A stretch of DNA of 32,000 bases from an uncultured Clostridia bacterium (GTDB lineage: Bacteria > Bacillota > Clostridia > TANB77 > RGIG9151), in NCBI GenBank assembly GCA_934500865.1, contig CAKSUD010000003.1, positions 9,817 to 41,816 on the forward strand. Reading direction: 5' to 3'. The position numbers and the translations under genes were made by a program. The notes beneath the pieces are model-generated. The model did not search any database. It saw only the letters and a program-made list of their open reading frames with translations, and was not told where the DNA came from. Shown here piece after piece: positions 17,255 to 26,088 of the stretch (its first letter is position 1; each line of letters opens with the position of its first letter).

Positions 17255-20200
17255 ATGAAAAATAATAAAGATAAATCGATACTTAAAATGAATAAGGACT
17301 TTTTTGCTATTTATTCTATTTATAGAAGGTTAAATGATACAAAAAATTCTAAAACCCAATTAGTACCTGCAAGTGAGTGGCTTTTGGATAATTTCTATAT
17401 AATTGAAGAACATGCAAAGCAAATAAAAAGGGATTTTAATAAGAAAATATATAGGGATTTGCCTATTGTAAGTTCCGGATATACAAGAGTTTTTACGATT
17501 GCAAGAGAAATTGTAGAAAAAAATGATGGAAAAATTGATGAGAATATTATAGAAAACTTTATAAAAAAGTATGAGGAAGTTACACCATTATATATGCGTG
17601 AAATATGGAATTTAGGTGTAACATTAAGAATATCCCTTATAGAAAAAATAAGAAAAATAAGCGAAGAAATAGTAAGAACGTATAGTAAATGGGAACAAGC
17701 AGAAAAGTGGTTAGAAGATTATAACGAAAATTCAGAATTAAGGTTACCGGGTGTTGACGATAATTATTCTTTTTATGAGCATCTTGCTTTTAAACTAAGG
17801 AGAATGGGGAAAGACGGAATCATAGTTCTAAACCGTATTGATAATTACATAGAGAAATACGGTACAAGTATTGAAGCTATTTCGAGGAAAGAGCATAGCA
17901 TTCAAGCTGAAATGAAAATTTCTATAGGAAACTCTATTCAAAGTTTAAAATATATTTCTAATATTAATTGGAATGAGCTTTTTAATAAAATAAGTGAAAT
18001 TGAAAACATTTTTAATACAGAAAAATCAGGTATTTATCCTAAAATGGATTTAGAGAGTAAAAATGCATACAGGAGCAAGGTAGAAAAAATCGCAAAAACC
18101 TTTGAGATTTCTGAATTGCATGTAGCTAAAAAATGTGTGGCATGTGCAGATGAAAATTATGATGATGAAAAAGCCGGACACGTCGGATATTATCTATTAG
18201 ATGAAGGTAAGGAGGTCCTAATAGATAATTTAGATGTGAAAGTTCCATTTTTATATAAACTAAAAAACTTTTTTGTGAAAAATCCATTCCCTATCTATTT
18301 AACAACAATGATTTTATTTGCACTTATTTCTACTGTATTATTGTATTTACTTTTTTATTTTACGACAGGGATTACAAGACTTTCTTATATCGGATTAGTA
18401 TTTGGATTTATTATTGCGTTTGATGGAGGAGTATGTTTTGCGAATTACCTATTTAGTAGAATGTTTAAGCCTAGAGTGATACCACGACTAGATTATATGG
18501 AAGGTATTCCTGAGAATTCGGCTACTATGGTTATTGTTCCTACATTACTATCAAGTAAAAAAAGAGTAAGTGATATGCTAAGTAATTTAGAAAAATATTT
18601 TGTAGCAGTATCGTCTGAAAATGTGTTTTTTACATTGGTAGGGGATGCAAAAGAGAGTGAAACAGAAGATATAGAAGAGGATGAAGAAATTGTAAAAAAA
18701 GGGATAAGTACCGTAAATAGGTTAAATGAAAAGTATGGTGCTAAAAAGTTCTTTTTTGTATATAGAAAAAGATTTTTTAATGCGTCAGAAGAAAAATGGC
18801 TTGGATGGGAAAGAAAACGTGGAGCAATACTAAAATTTAATGAATTTTTGATTGACGGCAAAAAAGAAGATTATAGATGTGTTTCGGATGGTTTTAATAC
18901 TTTGCCGAAAATAAAATATGTATTAACAGTTGATGCAGATACAATAATTCCTATAAATGAAGCCAGAAAGTTAATTGGAGCGATTTCACATCCTGTAAAT
19001 AAACCTGTATTAAATGAGGAAGAAACTGCTGTTGTTTCGGGGTACGGACTAATTCAACCACATATAGGAATAGATGTGGTAAGTGCAAACCAGAGTAAAT
19101 TCTCACAGGTATTTGCCGGAACCGGAGGAATAGACCCATATGTTTGTGCATCATCAGATATTTATCAAGATTTATTTGGGGAAGCAATCTTTACAGGAAA
19201 AGGAATTTATGATTTGGAAGTATTTCAAAAGGTTTTAAAGGATACTTTACCGGATAATGCTATTTTAAGCCATGATTTACTTGAAGGATCATATCTTAGA
19301 GCGGGGCTGGCAACAGATATTGAACTAATAGATGGTTATCCTTCTAGATATAATGCTTATGCAATGCGTGCACATAGATGGATAAGAGGCGATTGGCAGA
19401 TACTTTCTTGGATGTTTGGAAAGGTAAAAAATAGAGCGAATGAAACTATAAAAAATCCAATAAATAAAATATCAAAGTGGAAAATATTCGATAACCTAAG
19501 AAGAAGTTTAACAGCACCGTTTATGATGCTACTGATATTTTTGGCATTTTGGATATTGCCCGGAAATCCATTAATATGGACTGCTTTTGCAGTAATACTC
19601 GGAATAAGGGGAAACAAAAAACAATTTTTATATCAGTTTTTATTTCTTCCGTTCCAAGCTTGGCTTATGTTTAGTGCAATATGTATAACGCTATATAGAA
19701 TGGTTTTTATAAAGAAAAACTTATTAGAATGGGTTACAGCAGCAGATATGGAAACTAAGTTAAAAAATACTTTAGGTAGTTTTTATTTTCTTATGAAATC
19801 TAACTTAGTTCAAGGACTTGCAATTTTTTTACTTGCGTATTTCGTAAAGGGAGACAGAGTATCGATAATTACAGGGTTATTCTTATTTGCAGTTTGGACA
19901 ATTTCACCGATAATTGCATTTTATATAAGTAAACCACGTCATAATAAAAATGAAAATTTAAGTGATGATGAAAAGGAAGAACTAAAAATATTTGCAAAGA
20001 ATACTTGGAGCTATTTTGAAACATTAATGAACGCTGAAAATAATTTCCTTCCACCTGACAATTTTCAAGAAGATCCACCAAATGGGGTAGCATATAGAAC
20101 ATCTCCTACAAATATTGGATTGGGGATGCTTGCAATTTTGTCAGCTTACGATTTAGGATTTATAGATAAAAATGAGTTGATAGATAGGTTTGAAAAAATA

Positions 20201-22225
20201 TTAAATACAATTGAAAAGCTGGAGAAATGGAATGGGCATTTGCTTAATTGGTATAATACTAAAACGCTAAAGCCTTTATTTCCAAGGTATATTTCTACTG
20301 TAGATAATGGAAACTTTTTAGCTTATGCTATTACAGCTAGAGAAGGAATTAAGGAAATACTATGTGACGAGGATGAGAAAAAGAAGGAGTTTGTAGAAAA
20401 ACTTGAGCAAATAATTAAAGAAATGGATTTCTCAATTTTATATGATAAAAAGAAAAATGTATTTTCTATCGGGTATAACCTAGAAGAAGGAAGGCTTACA
20501 AATTCATATTATGATTTACTGGCTTCAGAGGCAAGGCAGACAAGTTTTTTAGCTGTTGCTCGTCATGAAGCGCCGGTAAAACATTGGTTTTCTTTAGGTA
20601 GAAGTTTAACGAAGTTAAACGGGCATAAAGGGCTGGTATCTTGGACAGGTACGATGTTTGAATATTTAATGCCACTTTTAGTTATGAAAAATTATTACAA
20701 AACTTTACTTGATGAAACGTATGATTTTGTAATAGAAAGCCAAATGATATATGCAAAAAAGAAAAATGTCGTATGGGGAATTTCCGAATCAGCATTTTAT
20801 AACTTTGATATTAATTTGAATTATCAATATAAAGCGTTAGGCGTTCCTTGGTTAGGCTTAAAAAGAGGACTTATAGATGATACTGTTATCTCACCTTATT
20901 CTACTATGCTAGCACTTATGGTAAAGCCGAAAGAGGCATATAAAAATTTAGGGGTAATGTTGGATTTTAATATGTTTGGAAAGTTTGGCTTTTATGAAGC
21001 AATTGATTTTACTCCTGGAAGGCTTAAATTTATAACAGGTGATAAGAATTATGCACAAATAAAAAGTTATATGGCACATCATCAAGGAATGAGCTTGGTT
21101 GCAATTAATAACGTAATAAATAATTTTGTTATGCAAGAAAGATTCCATAGAGATGTTTATGTAGAGTCAGCAGAGGTACTTCTGCAAGAAAAAGTTCCCG
21201 GAGATATAATTTATACTAAGGATAGTAAGGAAAAGGTTGTACCACCAAAGCAAGTTGTTTATGAGAGTATTGATACCGATCGTGAAATAGAGATAAAAGA
21301 AAATATAAGACCTGAATTTAATGTGCTTACGAATGGAAGTTATTCGGTAAGAATAAATGATAGAGGTATAGGAGTTTCCCAACTTAGCAATGTATCAATT
21401 TCAAGATATAGAAGTGATTATTTAAACGAAATATATGGGCAGGTATTTTATATAAGATGCATTAATACAGGTGAAATATGGTCACCAACATATCTCCCGT
21501 ATTTTAAGAAACCGGATAAATATATGACAGTTTTTTCAGGAGATAAAACTAAGTTTATTCGTAGAGATGGAAATATAGAAACTAATTATGAAGTGGTAGT
21601 AGCGACTGAGGATAACCTAGATATAAGGCGTATTTCAATAGTAAACCATAATGATATGGCACTAGACTTTGAAGTTACAGGATTACTTGAAATTGTTAAT
21701 GGAGACCAAAACGCAGATATTGCACACAGAGCTTTTTATGGACTATTTGTTACTACTGAACAAGAAAACGAAGTATTACTTGCAACTCGTAAACCTAGAA
21801 ATAGCAACGAAGAAAATTTTGTGGTATTTCAAACGTCTTTTGTGAATGGAGACAGTGTTGGAGATTTTCAGTTTGAAACAGACAGAATGAAGTTCTTAGG
21901 CAGAGGAAGAAGCAATAAAAACCCAAGTGCAATATTGGAAGGAAAACCTTTACTAGGAAGTGTAGGCGGAGTTTTAGACCCAATATTTGCACAAAGAAGA
22001 ATTATACGAGTAAAACCAAATGAAACAGCAAGTGTAAACTTTATTACCGGTATACAGCCGGAACGGGAAAAAGCACTGGAAACAGGTACTCGGTATAGAA
22101 AAGATGAAATGATTTCAAGAGTGTTTAGATTAGCGTATGCTAGAAATCAAGTTGAATTATCATACCTTAATGTTACTTCTGATGAAGTGAAATTTTTTGA
22201 CGATATGATAAAATATTTAGTTTAA
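17255..22225 (+). CDS. Cyclic beta-1,2-glucan synthase (Cgs/NdvB/ChvB-like), N-terminal 1656 aa: GT84 glycosyltransferase, TM segments, (alpha/alpha)6 cyclization domain and the first GH94-type beta-sandwich
   Basis: N-terminal 'SEWLLDNFYIIEEH'. GT84 motifs 'TMVIVPTLL', 'LTVDADT', 'LSHDLLEG' and 'HRWIRGDWQ'. Several TM clusters. Glucoamylase-like middle domain motifs 'YRTSPTNIGLG', 'NGHLLNWYNT', 'STVDNGNF', 'YDLLASEARQ', 'WTGTMFEYLMP', 'WGISESA', 'GFYEAIDF' and 'AHHQGMS'. Confidence 0.85.
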   Translation: MKNNKDKSILKMNKDFFAIYSIYRRLNDTKNSKTQLVPASEWLLDNFYIIEEHAKQIKRDFNKKIYRDLPIVSSGYTRVFTIAREIVEKNDGKIDENIIENFIKKYEEVTPLYMREIWNLGVTLRISLIEKIRKISEEIVRTYSKWEQAEKWLEDYNENSELRLPGVDDNYSFYEHLAFKLRRMGKDGIIVLNRIDNYIEKYGTSIEAISRKEHSIQAEMKISIGNSIQSLKYISNINWNELFNKISEIENIFNTEKSGIYPKMDLESKNAYRSKVEKIAKTFEISELHVAKKCVACADENYDDEKAGHVGYYLLDEGKEVLIDNLDVKVPFLYKLKNFFVKNPFPIYLTTMILFALISTVLLYLLFYFTTGITRLSYIGLVFGFIIAFDGGVCFANYLFSRMFKPRVIPRLDYMEGIPENSATMVIVPTLLSSKKRVSDMLSNLEKYFVAVSSENVFFTLVGDAKESETEDIEEDEEIVKKGISTVNRLNEKYGAKKFFFVYRKRFFNASEEKWLGWERKRGAILKFNEFLIDGKKEDYRCVSDGFNTLPKIKYVLTVDADTIIPINEARKLIGAISHPVNKPVLNEEETAVVSGYGLIQPHIGIDVVSANQSKFSQVFAGTGGIDPYVCASSDIYQDLFGEAIFTGKGIYDLEVFQKVLKDTLPDNAILSHDLLEGSYLRAGLATDIELIDGYPSRYNAYAMRAHRWIRGDWQILSWMFGKVKNRANETIKNPINKISKWKIFDNLRRSLTAPFMMLLIFLAFWILPGNPLIWTAFAVILGIRGNKKQFLYQFLFLPFQAWLMFSAICITLYRMVFIKKNLLEWVTAADMETKLKNTLGSFYFLMKSNLVQGLAIFLLAYFVKGDRVSIITGLFLFAVWTISPIIAFYISKPRHNKNENLSDDEKEELKIFAKNTWSYFETLMNAENNFLPPDNFQEDPPNGVAYRTSPTNIGLGMLAILSAYDLGFIDKNELIDRFEKILNTIEKLEKWNGHLLNWYNTKTLKPLFPRYISTVDNGNFLAYAITAREGIKEILCDEDEKKKEFVEKLEQIIKEMDFSILYDKKKNVFSIGYNLEEGRLTNSYYDLLASEARQTSFLAVARHEAPVKHWFSLGRSLTKLNGHKGLVSWTGTMFEYLMPLLVMKNYYKTLLDETYDFVIESQMIYAKKKNVVWGISESAFYNFDINLNYQYKALGVPWLGLKRGLIDDTVISPYSTMLALMVKPKEAYKNLGVMLDFNMFGKFGFYEAIDFTPGRLKFITGDKNYAQIKSYMAHHQGMSLVAINNVINNFVMQERFHRDVYVESAEVLLQEKVPGDIIYTKDSKEKVVPPKQVVYESIDTDREIEIKENIRPEFNVLTNGSYSVRINDRGIGVSQLSNVSISRYRSDYLNEIYGQVFYIRCINTGEIWSPTYLPYFKKPDKYMTVFSGDKTKFIRRDGNIETNYEVVVATEDNLDIRRISIVNHNDMALDFEVTGLLEIVNGDQNADIAHRAFYGLFVTTEQENEVLLATRKPRNSNEENFVVFQTSFVNGDSVGDFQFETDRMKFLGRGRSNKNPSAILEGKPLLGSVGGVLDPIFAQRRIIRVKPNETASVNFITGIQPEREKALETGTRYRKDEMISRVFRLAYARNQVELSYLNVTSDEVKFFDDMIKYLV

Positions 22226-22241
22226 TTATGGAGGAGAAAAT

Positions 22242-24956
22242 ATGAAAAATACTAAGGGTATCCTCTGGAGTCATGGAATTTCAGGTGATTTACCGATTGT
22301 GCTTATTGTTATAAAAAAATACGAAGACTTAGATGTTATTTACGATATGATAAAAGCACACGAGTATTGGAGAACAAAGGGGATTTTTGTTGACCTTGTT
22401 ATTTTAAGTTACGAGGAAATTAGTTATAATCATCCTTTGTGGAACAGCATATTTGAAATTGTGTCCGGCAGCCATTTAGGTAACTTACAAAATGTGTCCG
22501 GTGGAGTTTTTATGTTACGAGGAGAAATTTTAGATAAACAAGATATAGAAGAACTTATCAGTATTGCTAATATTGTGTCAGAAGATGGTGGAGTTAGGTT
22601 ACCTGAAGATGTAAAAGCAGAAGAACCATATAATGATAGTTTGTTAAGAACTGGCGGAAAAAGTATAGATAAAAGAAAACTTGAGTTTTTTAATGGAATT
22701 GGTGGCTTTGATGAAAAGGCAATGGAATATGTTATATATCCCACAAAAAATGAATACACTCCCCTTCCTTGGAGCAATGTAATGTGTAATAAGGATTTTG
22801 GCTGTATAATGACAGAAGCGGGTGGCGGATATACATGGGCATTTAACAGTAGAGAATATAGGCTTACTCCTTGGAGTAATGATGCAGTTAGTGACTTACA
22901 AGGAGAATATGTATATCTTGAGGATTTAGACAGTAAAGAACGCTTTGGGGCCTATTTACTTCCTTACGAAACTAATGGAGGATATGAAGTGTCTTTTGGG
23001 CTTGGATACTGTAAATATCTATCTATAATATCCGATTTATTAATTGAGCTTACTGTTTTTGTGCCAAGAAAAGAGCTTGTAAAAATTTCTATGATAAAGA
23101 TTAGAAATCTAAGTGGCAGAAAAAGAAAGTTAAGTTTAAGGTATTATATTAATCCGGTACTTGCATTTAGTAATAATTTTAGAGAAAAAAATATAAAGAC
23201 GACAGTTGATAATGATAAAATAATTTTTGAAAATAAATACGAAAGAGAATTTTTTTATAGTAAGGTTTATTTAACAACGGGCAAAGGAAGCAATTTTTAT
23301 AAGAAAAATATTGGGGTAGAATCGTATATTAATGTTGAAATAAATGATAATGATGAACTAAATAAAGTGTTCCTTTTGGGGGCTTGTGAAAATGAAGTGA
23401 TTGCAGATAAATTTTTAGAATGGGAGAAAGCAAGTACTGAATTAGATGAAGTAAAAAAGTTTTATAAAAAAGATGTACAAAAAATAAAAGTTAACACTCC
23501 GGACAAAGCTACTAATTTATTATTAAATGGTTTTTTACTATATCAGGCACTTGTTTGCAGAATTTTTGGTAAGAGTTCATTTTATCAGTCTGGAGGAGCT
23601 ACCGGATTTAGAGACCAACTTCAAGATGTTATGCCGTTTTCGTTTATTATGCCGGAGCTTACTCGTGAGCAAATTTTATACCACGCCAGACATCAGTTTG
23701 ATGAGGGAGACGTCTTGCATTGGTGGCACAAAGAAGCTCAAAAGGGAACACGAACGAGATTTTCGGACGATTTGCTATGGTTAGTTTATGTAACTAATTA
23801 TTATATAAAAGTAACTAATGATAAAAGTATTTTAGATGAACAGGTTTCGTTTGTAGAGGGGGTAGAGCTTGAGGATTATGAGGATGAAAAATATATTGAA
23901 TTTGAATATTCTCAAAATAGCGCCTCTTTATTTGCACATTGTATTTTTTCAATTGAACATGCATTAAAATTTGGAGAACATGGACTTATATTAATGGGAT
24001 CAGGTGACTGGAACGACGGAATGAATGAGGTCGGAAATAAAGGAAAAGGTGAGAGTGTATGGCTTTCGTGGTTTTTATATAAAATACTTGTTGATTTTTC
24101 TCCCATTTGTACAGAACAAGGTAGGGCTGATTTAGCGGAAAAATATAATGAAATTGCGATAAAGTTAAAAGAACAGATCAATACTAAAGCATGGGATGGA
24201 GAATGGTATAAAAGAGCATATTTTGATGATGGAACTCCTCTTGGTTCGATAGAAAATGATGAGTGTAAAATAGATTCTATTTCACAGTCTTGGAGTGTTA
24301 TTTCCGGTGCAGGAGATGAAAATAAAAAAGAGAAGGCTATGAATTCACTGGATAATTATTTAATAGATAAAGAAAATGGAATTATAAAATTACTCACTCC
24401 TCCATTTTCAGAAGGCGAATTAAAGCCAGGATATATAAAGAGCTATTTAGAGGGAATTCGTGAAAATGGTGGTCAATATACTCATGCAGCTATTTGGGCA
24501 GGAATTGCTTATGCAATAATGAAAAAGGGAGATAAAGCATTTTCTATATTTGAAATGTTAAATCCTATTAATCATAGTAGAACAGACAGTGAAATGAAAA
24601 AATATAAGCTAGAGCCGTATGTTATTTCAGCTGACATATATACTAACCCGCTTCATATAGGGCGGGGGGGTTGGAGTTGGTATACTGGTGCAGCATCTTG
24701 GATGTATAGGTTTGGAATTGAATATATATTAGGAATAAAATTTAGAGGAAAAACGGTTATTATTGAGCCGTGTACAAGCTCTGATTGGAATGAATATACT
24801 TTGGAGTATAAAATTAAGGATACAACATACAACATTAATGTTAAGCTTAACTCCGGCAAAGAAAATAAGATTGTTATTGACAATGTGTTAGAAGAGGGAA
24901 ATAGCTTTACTATAAGTGAAGACGGAAAGTTTCATTTTATAGAGGTATATTGCTAA
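22242..24956 (+). CDS. GH94 beta-1,2-glucooligosaccharide phosphorylase-like module of the cyclic glucan synthase, encoded as a separate 904-aa ORF
   Basis: 'LWSHGISGDLPIV', 'PLPWSNVM..GGGYTWAFNSREYRLTPWSND', and catalytic (alpha/alpha)6 motifs 'GFRDQLQD', 'GSGDWNDGMN', 'RENGGQYTHAAIW' and 'GRGGWSWYTGAASW'. The ATG is 6 nt after GGAGGAG. It is in a different frame from the upstream ORF. Confidence 0.85.
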   Translation: MKNTKGILWSHGISGDLPIVLIVIKKYEDLDVIYDMIKAHEYWRTKGIFVDLVILSYEEISYNHPLWNSIFEIVSGSHLGNLQNVSGGVFMLRGEILDKQDIEELISIANIVSEDGGVRLPEDVKAEEPYNDSLLRTGGKSIDKRKLEFFNGIGGFDEKAMEYVIYPTKNEYTPLPWSNVMCNKDFGCIMTEAGGGYTWAFNSREYRLTPWSNDAVSDLQGEYVYLEDLDSKERFGAYLLPYETNGGYEVSFGLGYCKYLSIISDLLIELTVFVPRKELVKISMIKIRNLSGRKRKLSLRYYINPVLAFSNNFREKNIKTTVDNDKIIFENKYEREFFYSKVYLTTGKGSNFYKKNIGVESYINVEINDNDELNKVFLLGACENEVIADKFLEWEKASTELDEVKKFYKKDVQKIKVNTPDKATNLLLNGFLLYQALVCRIFGKSSFYQSGGATGFRDQLQDVMPFSFIMPELTREQILYHARHQFDEGDVLHWWHKEAQKGTRTRFSDDLLWLVYVTNYYIKVTNDKSILDEQVSFVEGVELEDYEDEKYIEFEYSQNSASLFAHCIFSIEHALKFGEHGLILMGSGDWNDGMNEVGNKGKGESVWLSWFLYKILVDFSPICTEQGRADLAEKYNEIAIKLKEQINTKAWDGEWYKRAYFDDGTPLGSIENDECKIDSISQSWSVISGAGDENKKEKAMNSLDNYLIDKENGIIKLLTPPFSEGELKPGYIKSYLEGIRENGGQYTHAAIWAGIAYAIMKKGDKAFSIFEMLNPINHSRTDSEMKKYKLEPYVISADIYTNPLHIGRGGWSWYTGAASWMYRFGIEYILGIKFRGKTVIIEPCTSSDWNEYTLEYKIKDTTYNINVKLNSGKENKIVIDNVLEEGNSFTISEDGKFHFIEVYC

Positions 24957-25009
24957 ATTATTTACAAAATTATCAAAATGATGTAGTATATACTTGGGAG
25001 TTGGTTAAT

Positions 25010-25432
25010 TTGGATAGAATTTTAGGCATTGACCACGGAGACAGCAGAACAGGTCTTGCTGTAAGTGATTTAATGGGGTGGACTGCCCAAGGAATTGAAA
25101 CGGTACATCATAAGGGGAATATAAAAATTCTTTTAAATAGAATTAAAGAGATTATTGCTGAATATAATGTTAATAAAATTGTTATAGGGTATCCTAGAAA
25201 TTTAAATGGTAGTATTGGTCCAAGGGCTGAAAAAACTGAAGAATTTATTAAAATTTTAATAGACAAGTTCGGTTTGGATGTGATAAAATGGGATGAATGG
25301 TTAAGTACGGTTTCTGCTCATCGAGATATGATTGATATGAATATAAAAGGCAGAAAAAAGAAAGATATTGTGGATACAATAGCGGCCGTTCATATTTTAC
25401 AGAATTATTTGGATTCAATTTCAAATAAATAA
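25010..25432 (+). CDS. ruvX: Holliday junction resolvase-like nuclease RuvX (YqgF)
   Basis: 'ILGIDHGDSRTGLAVSD', 'VIGYPRNLNGSIGPRAE' and 'DEWLSTVSA'. The likely TTG start at 25010 is 9 nt after GGGAG and gives the typical length of about 140 aa. The track start (TTG 24950) overlaps the preceding gene. Confidence 0.85.
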   Translation: MDRILGIDHGDSRTGLAVSDLMGWTAQGIETVHHKGNIKILLNRIKEIIAEYNVNKIVIGYPRNLNGSIGPRAEKTEEFIKILIDKFGLDVIKWDEWLSTVSAHRDMIDMNIKGRKKKDIVDTIAAVHILQNYLDSISNK

Positions 25433-25470
25433 TTTTAATGTTAGCTAAGCTAACAGAATGGAGGAAGAAA

Positions 25471-25761
25471 ATGAGTGAAAATGAAGAAATGAATAATGAG
25501 GAATTAGATAACATAATTGTTCTTACAGATGAAGATGGAAAAGACGTTGAGTTTGAATGGTTAGATACTATCGAAATGAAGGACAATACTTATGTTGTTG
25601 TAGTTCCGGCTGAAGAAGAAACTGATGAAGTTGTAATCTTAAAAATGGAAAAGGAAGACGAAGAAGAAACATTCGTTGGACTTGAGGATGAAAATGAAAT
25701 AAACGAAGTGTTTGAGGAATTCAAAGAAAGAAATAAAGAAATTTTTGATTTTATTGACTAA
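25471..25761 (+). CDS. DUF1292-family acidic protein (YrzB-like)
   Basis: 'IVLTDEDGKDVEFEWLDTIEMKDNTYVVVVP...VVILKME'. The ATG at 25471 is 6 nt after GGAGG. Its position next to ruvX is conserved in Firmicutes. Confidence 0.8.
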   Translation: MSENEEMNNEELDNIIVLTDEDGKDVEFEWLDTIEMKDNTYVVVVPAEEETDEVVILKMEKEDEEETFVGLEDENEINEVFEEFKERNKEIFDFID

Positions 25762-25765
25762 AAAA

Positions 25766-25794
25766 GAATAAAATCCTGTAAATTGCACATATTA
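25766..25794 (+). promoter_or_regulatory. Forespore sigmaG/sigmaF-type promoter of the SASP gene
   Basis: GAATA (25766-25770), 17 nt spacer, CATATTA (25788-25794). This matches the GnATr-N17/18-CATnnTA forespore consensus and lies about 40 nt upstream of the SASP start. Confidence 0.7.
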
Positions 25795-25836
25795 ACTCTG
25801 TAACATATATTTGCAATTTGCAGGAGGTGAATCTAA

Positions 25837-26031
25837 ATGGCAAACAGAAAGAAATTAGTTCCAGAAGCAAGTGGTGCTATGAACAATTTCAAGTATGAAA
25901 CAGCTAGTGAAATGGGTCTTAACTTAAAAAAAGGTTATAATGGAGAAATGACTGCAAAACAAGCTGGTTCTATCGGTGGTAATATGGTAAAGAAAATGAT
26001 TCAAAAAGCACAACAAGATATGGCTAAGTAA
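25837..26031 (+). CDS. Alpha/beta-type small acid-soluble spore protein
   Basis: 64 aa. 'KKLVPEASGAMNNFKYETASEMG' and 'GEMTAKQAGSIGGNMVKKMI' are the two conserved SASP blocks. Strong AGGAGGTG SD. Confidence 0.9.
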   Translation: MANRKKLVPEASGAMNNFKYETASEMGLNLKKGYNGEMTAKQAGSIGGNMVKKMIQKAQQDMAK

Positions 26032-26088
26032 TTAAAACCATTTTTGGGGGCGAGTTTTCGCCCTATACATAGAATAGGGGTTTATAAT

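Noticed and set aside
56-26044. Track start codons for several genes: 56, 3055, 4484, 6196, 8332, 10416, 14154, 15396, 24950, 25438, 26044, 26353 and 26816.
   Set aside because: These are longest-ORF artefacts. In each case the extension overlaps the upstream gene, a mapped promoter or an SD, and an internal start with a properly spaced SD gives the family-typical N-terminus. The revised starts are given in the features.
26048-26063. GGGCGA/TCGCCC hairpin after the SASP gene as a terminator.
   Set aside because: The stem is good but no T-tract follows (TATACAT). It may stabilise the SASP mRNA 3' end, but I cannot call it an intrinsic terminator.
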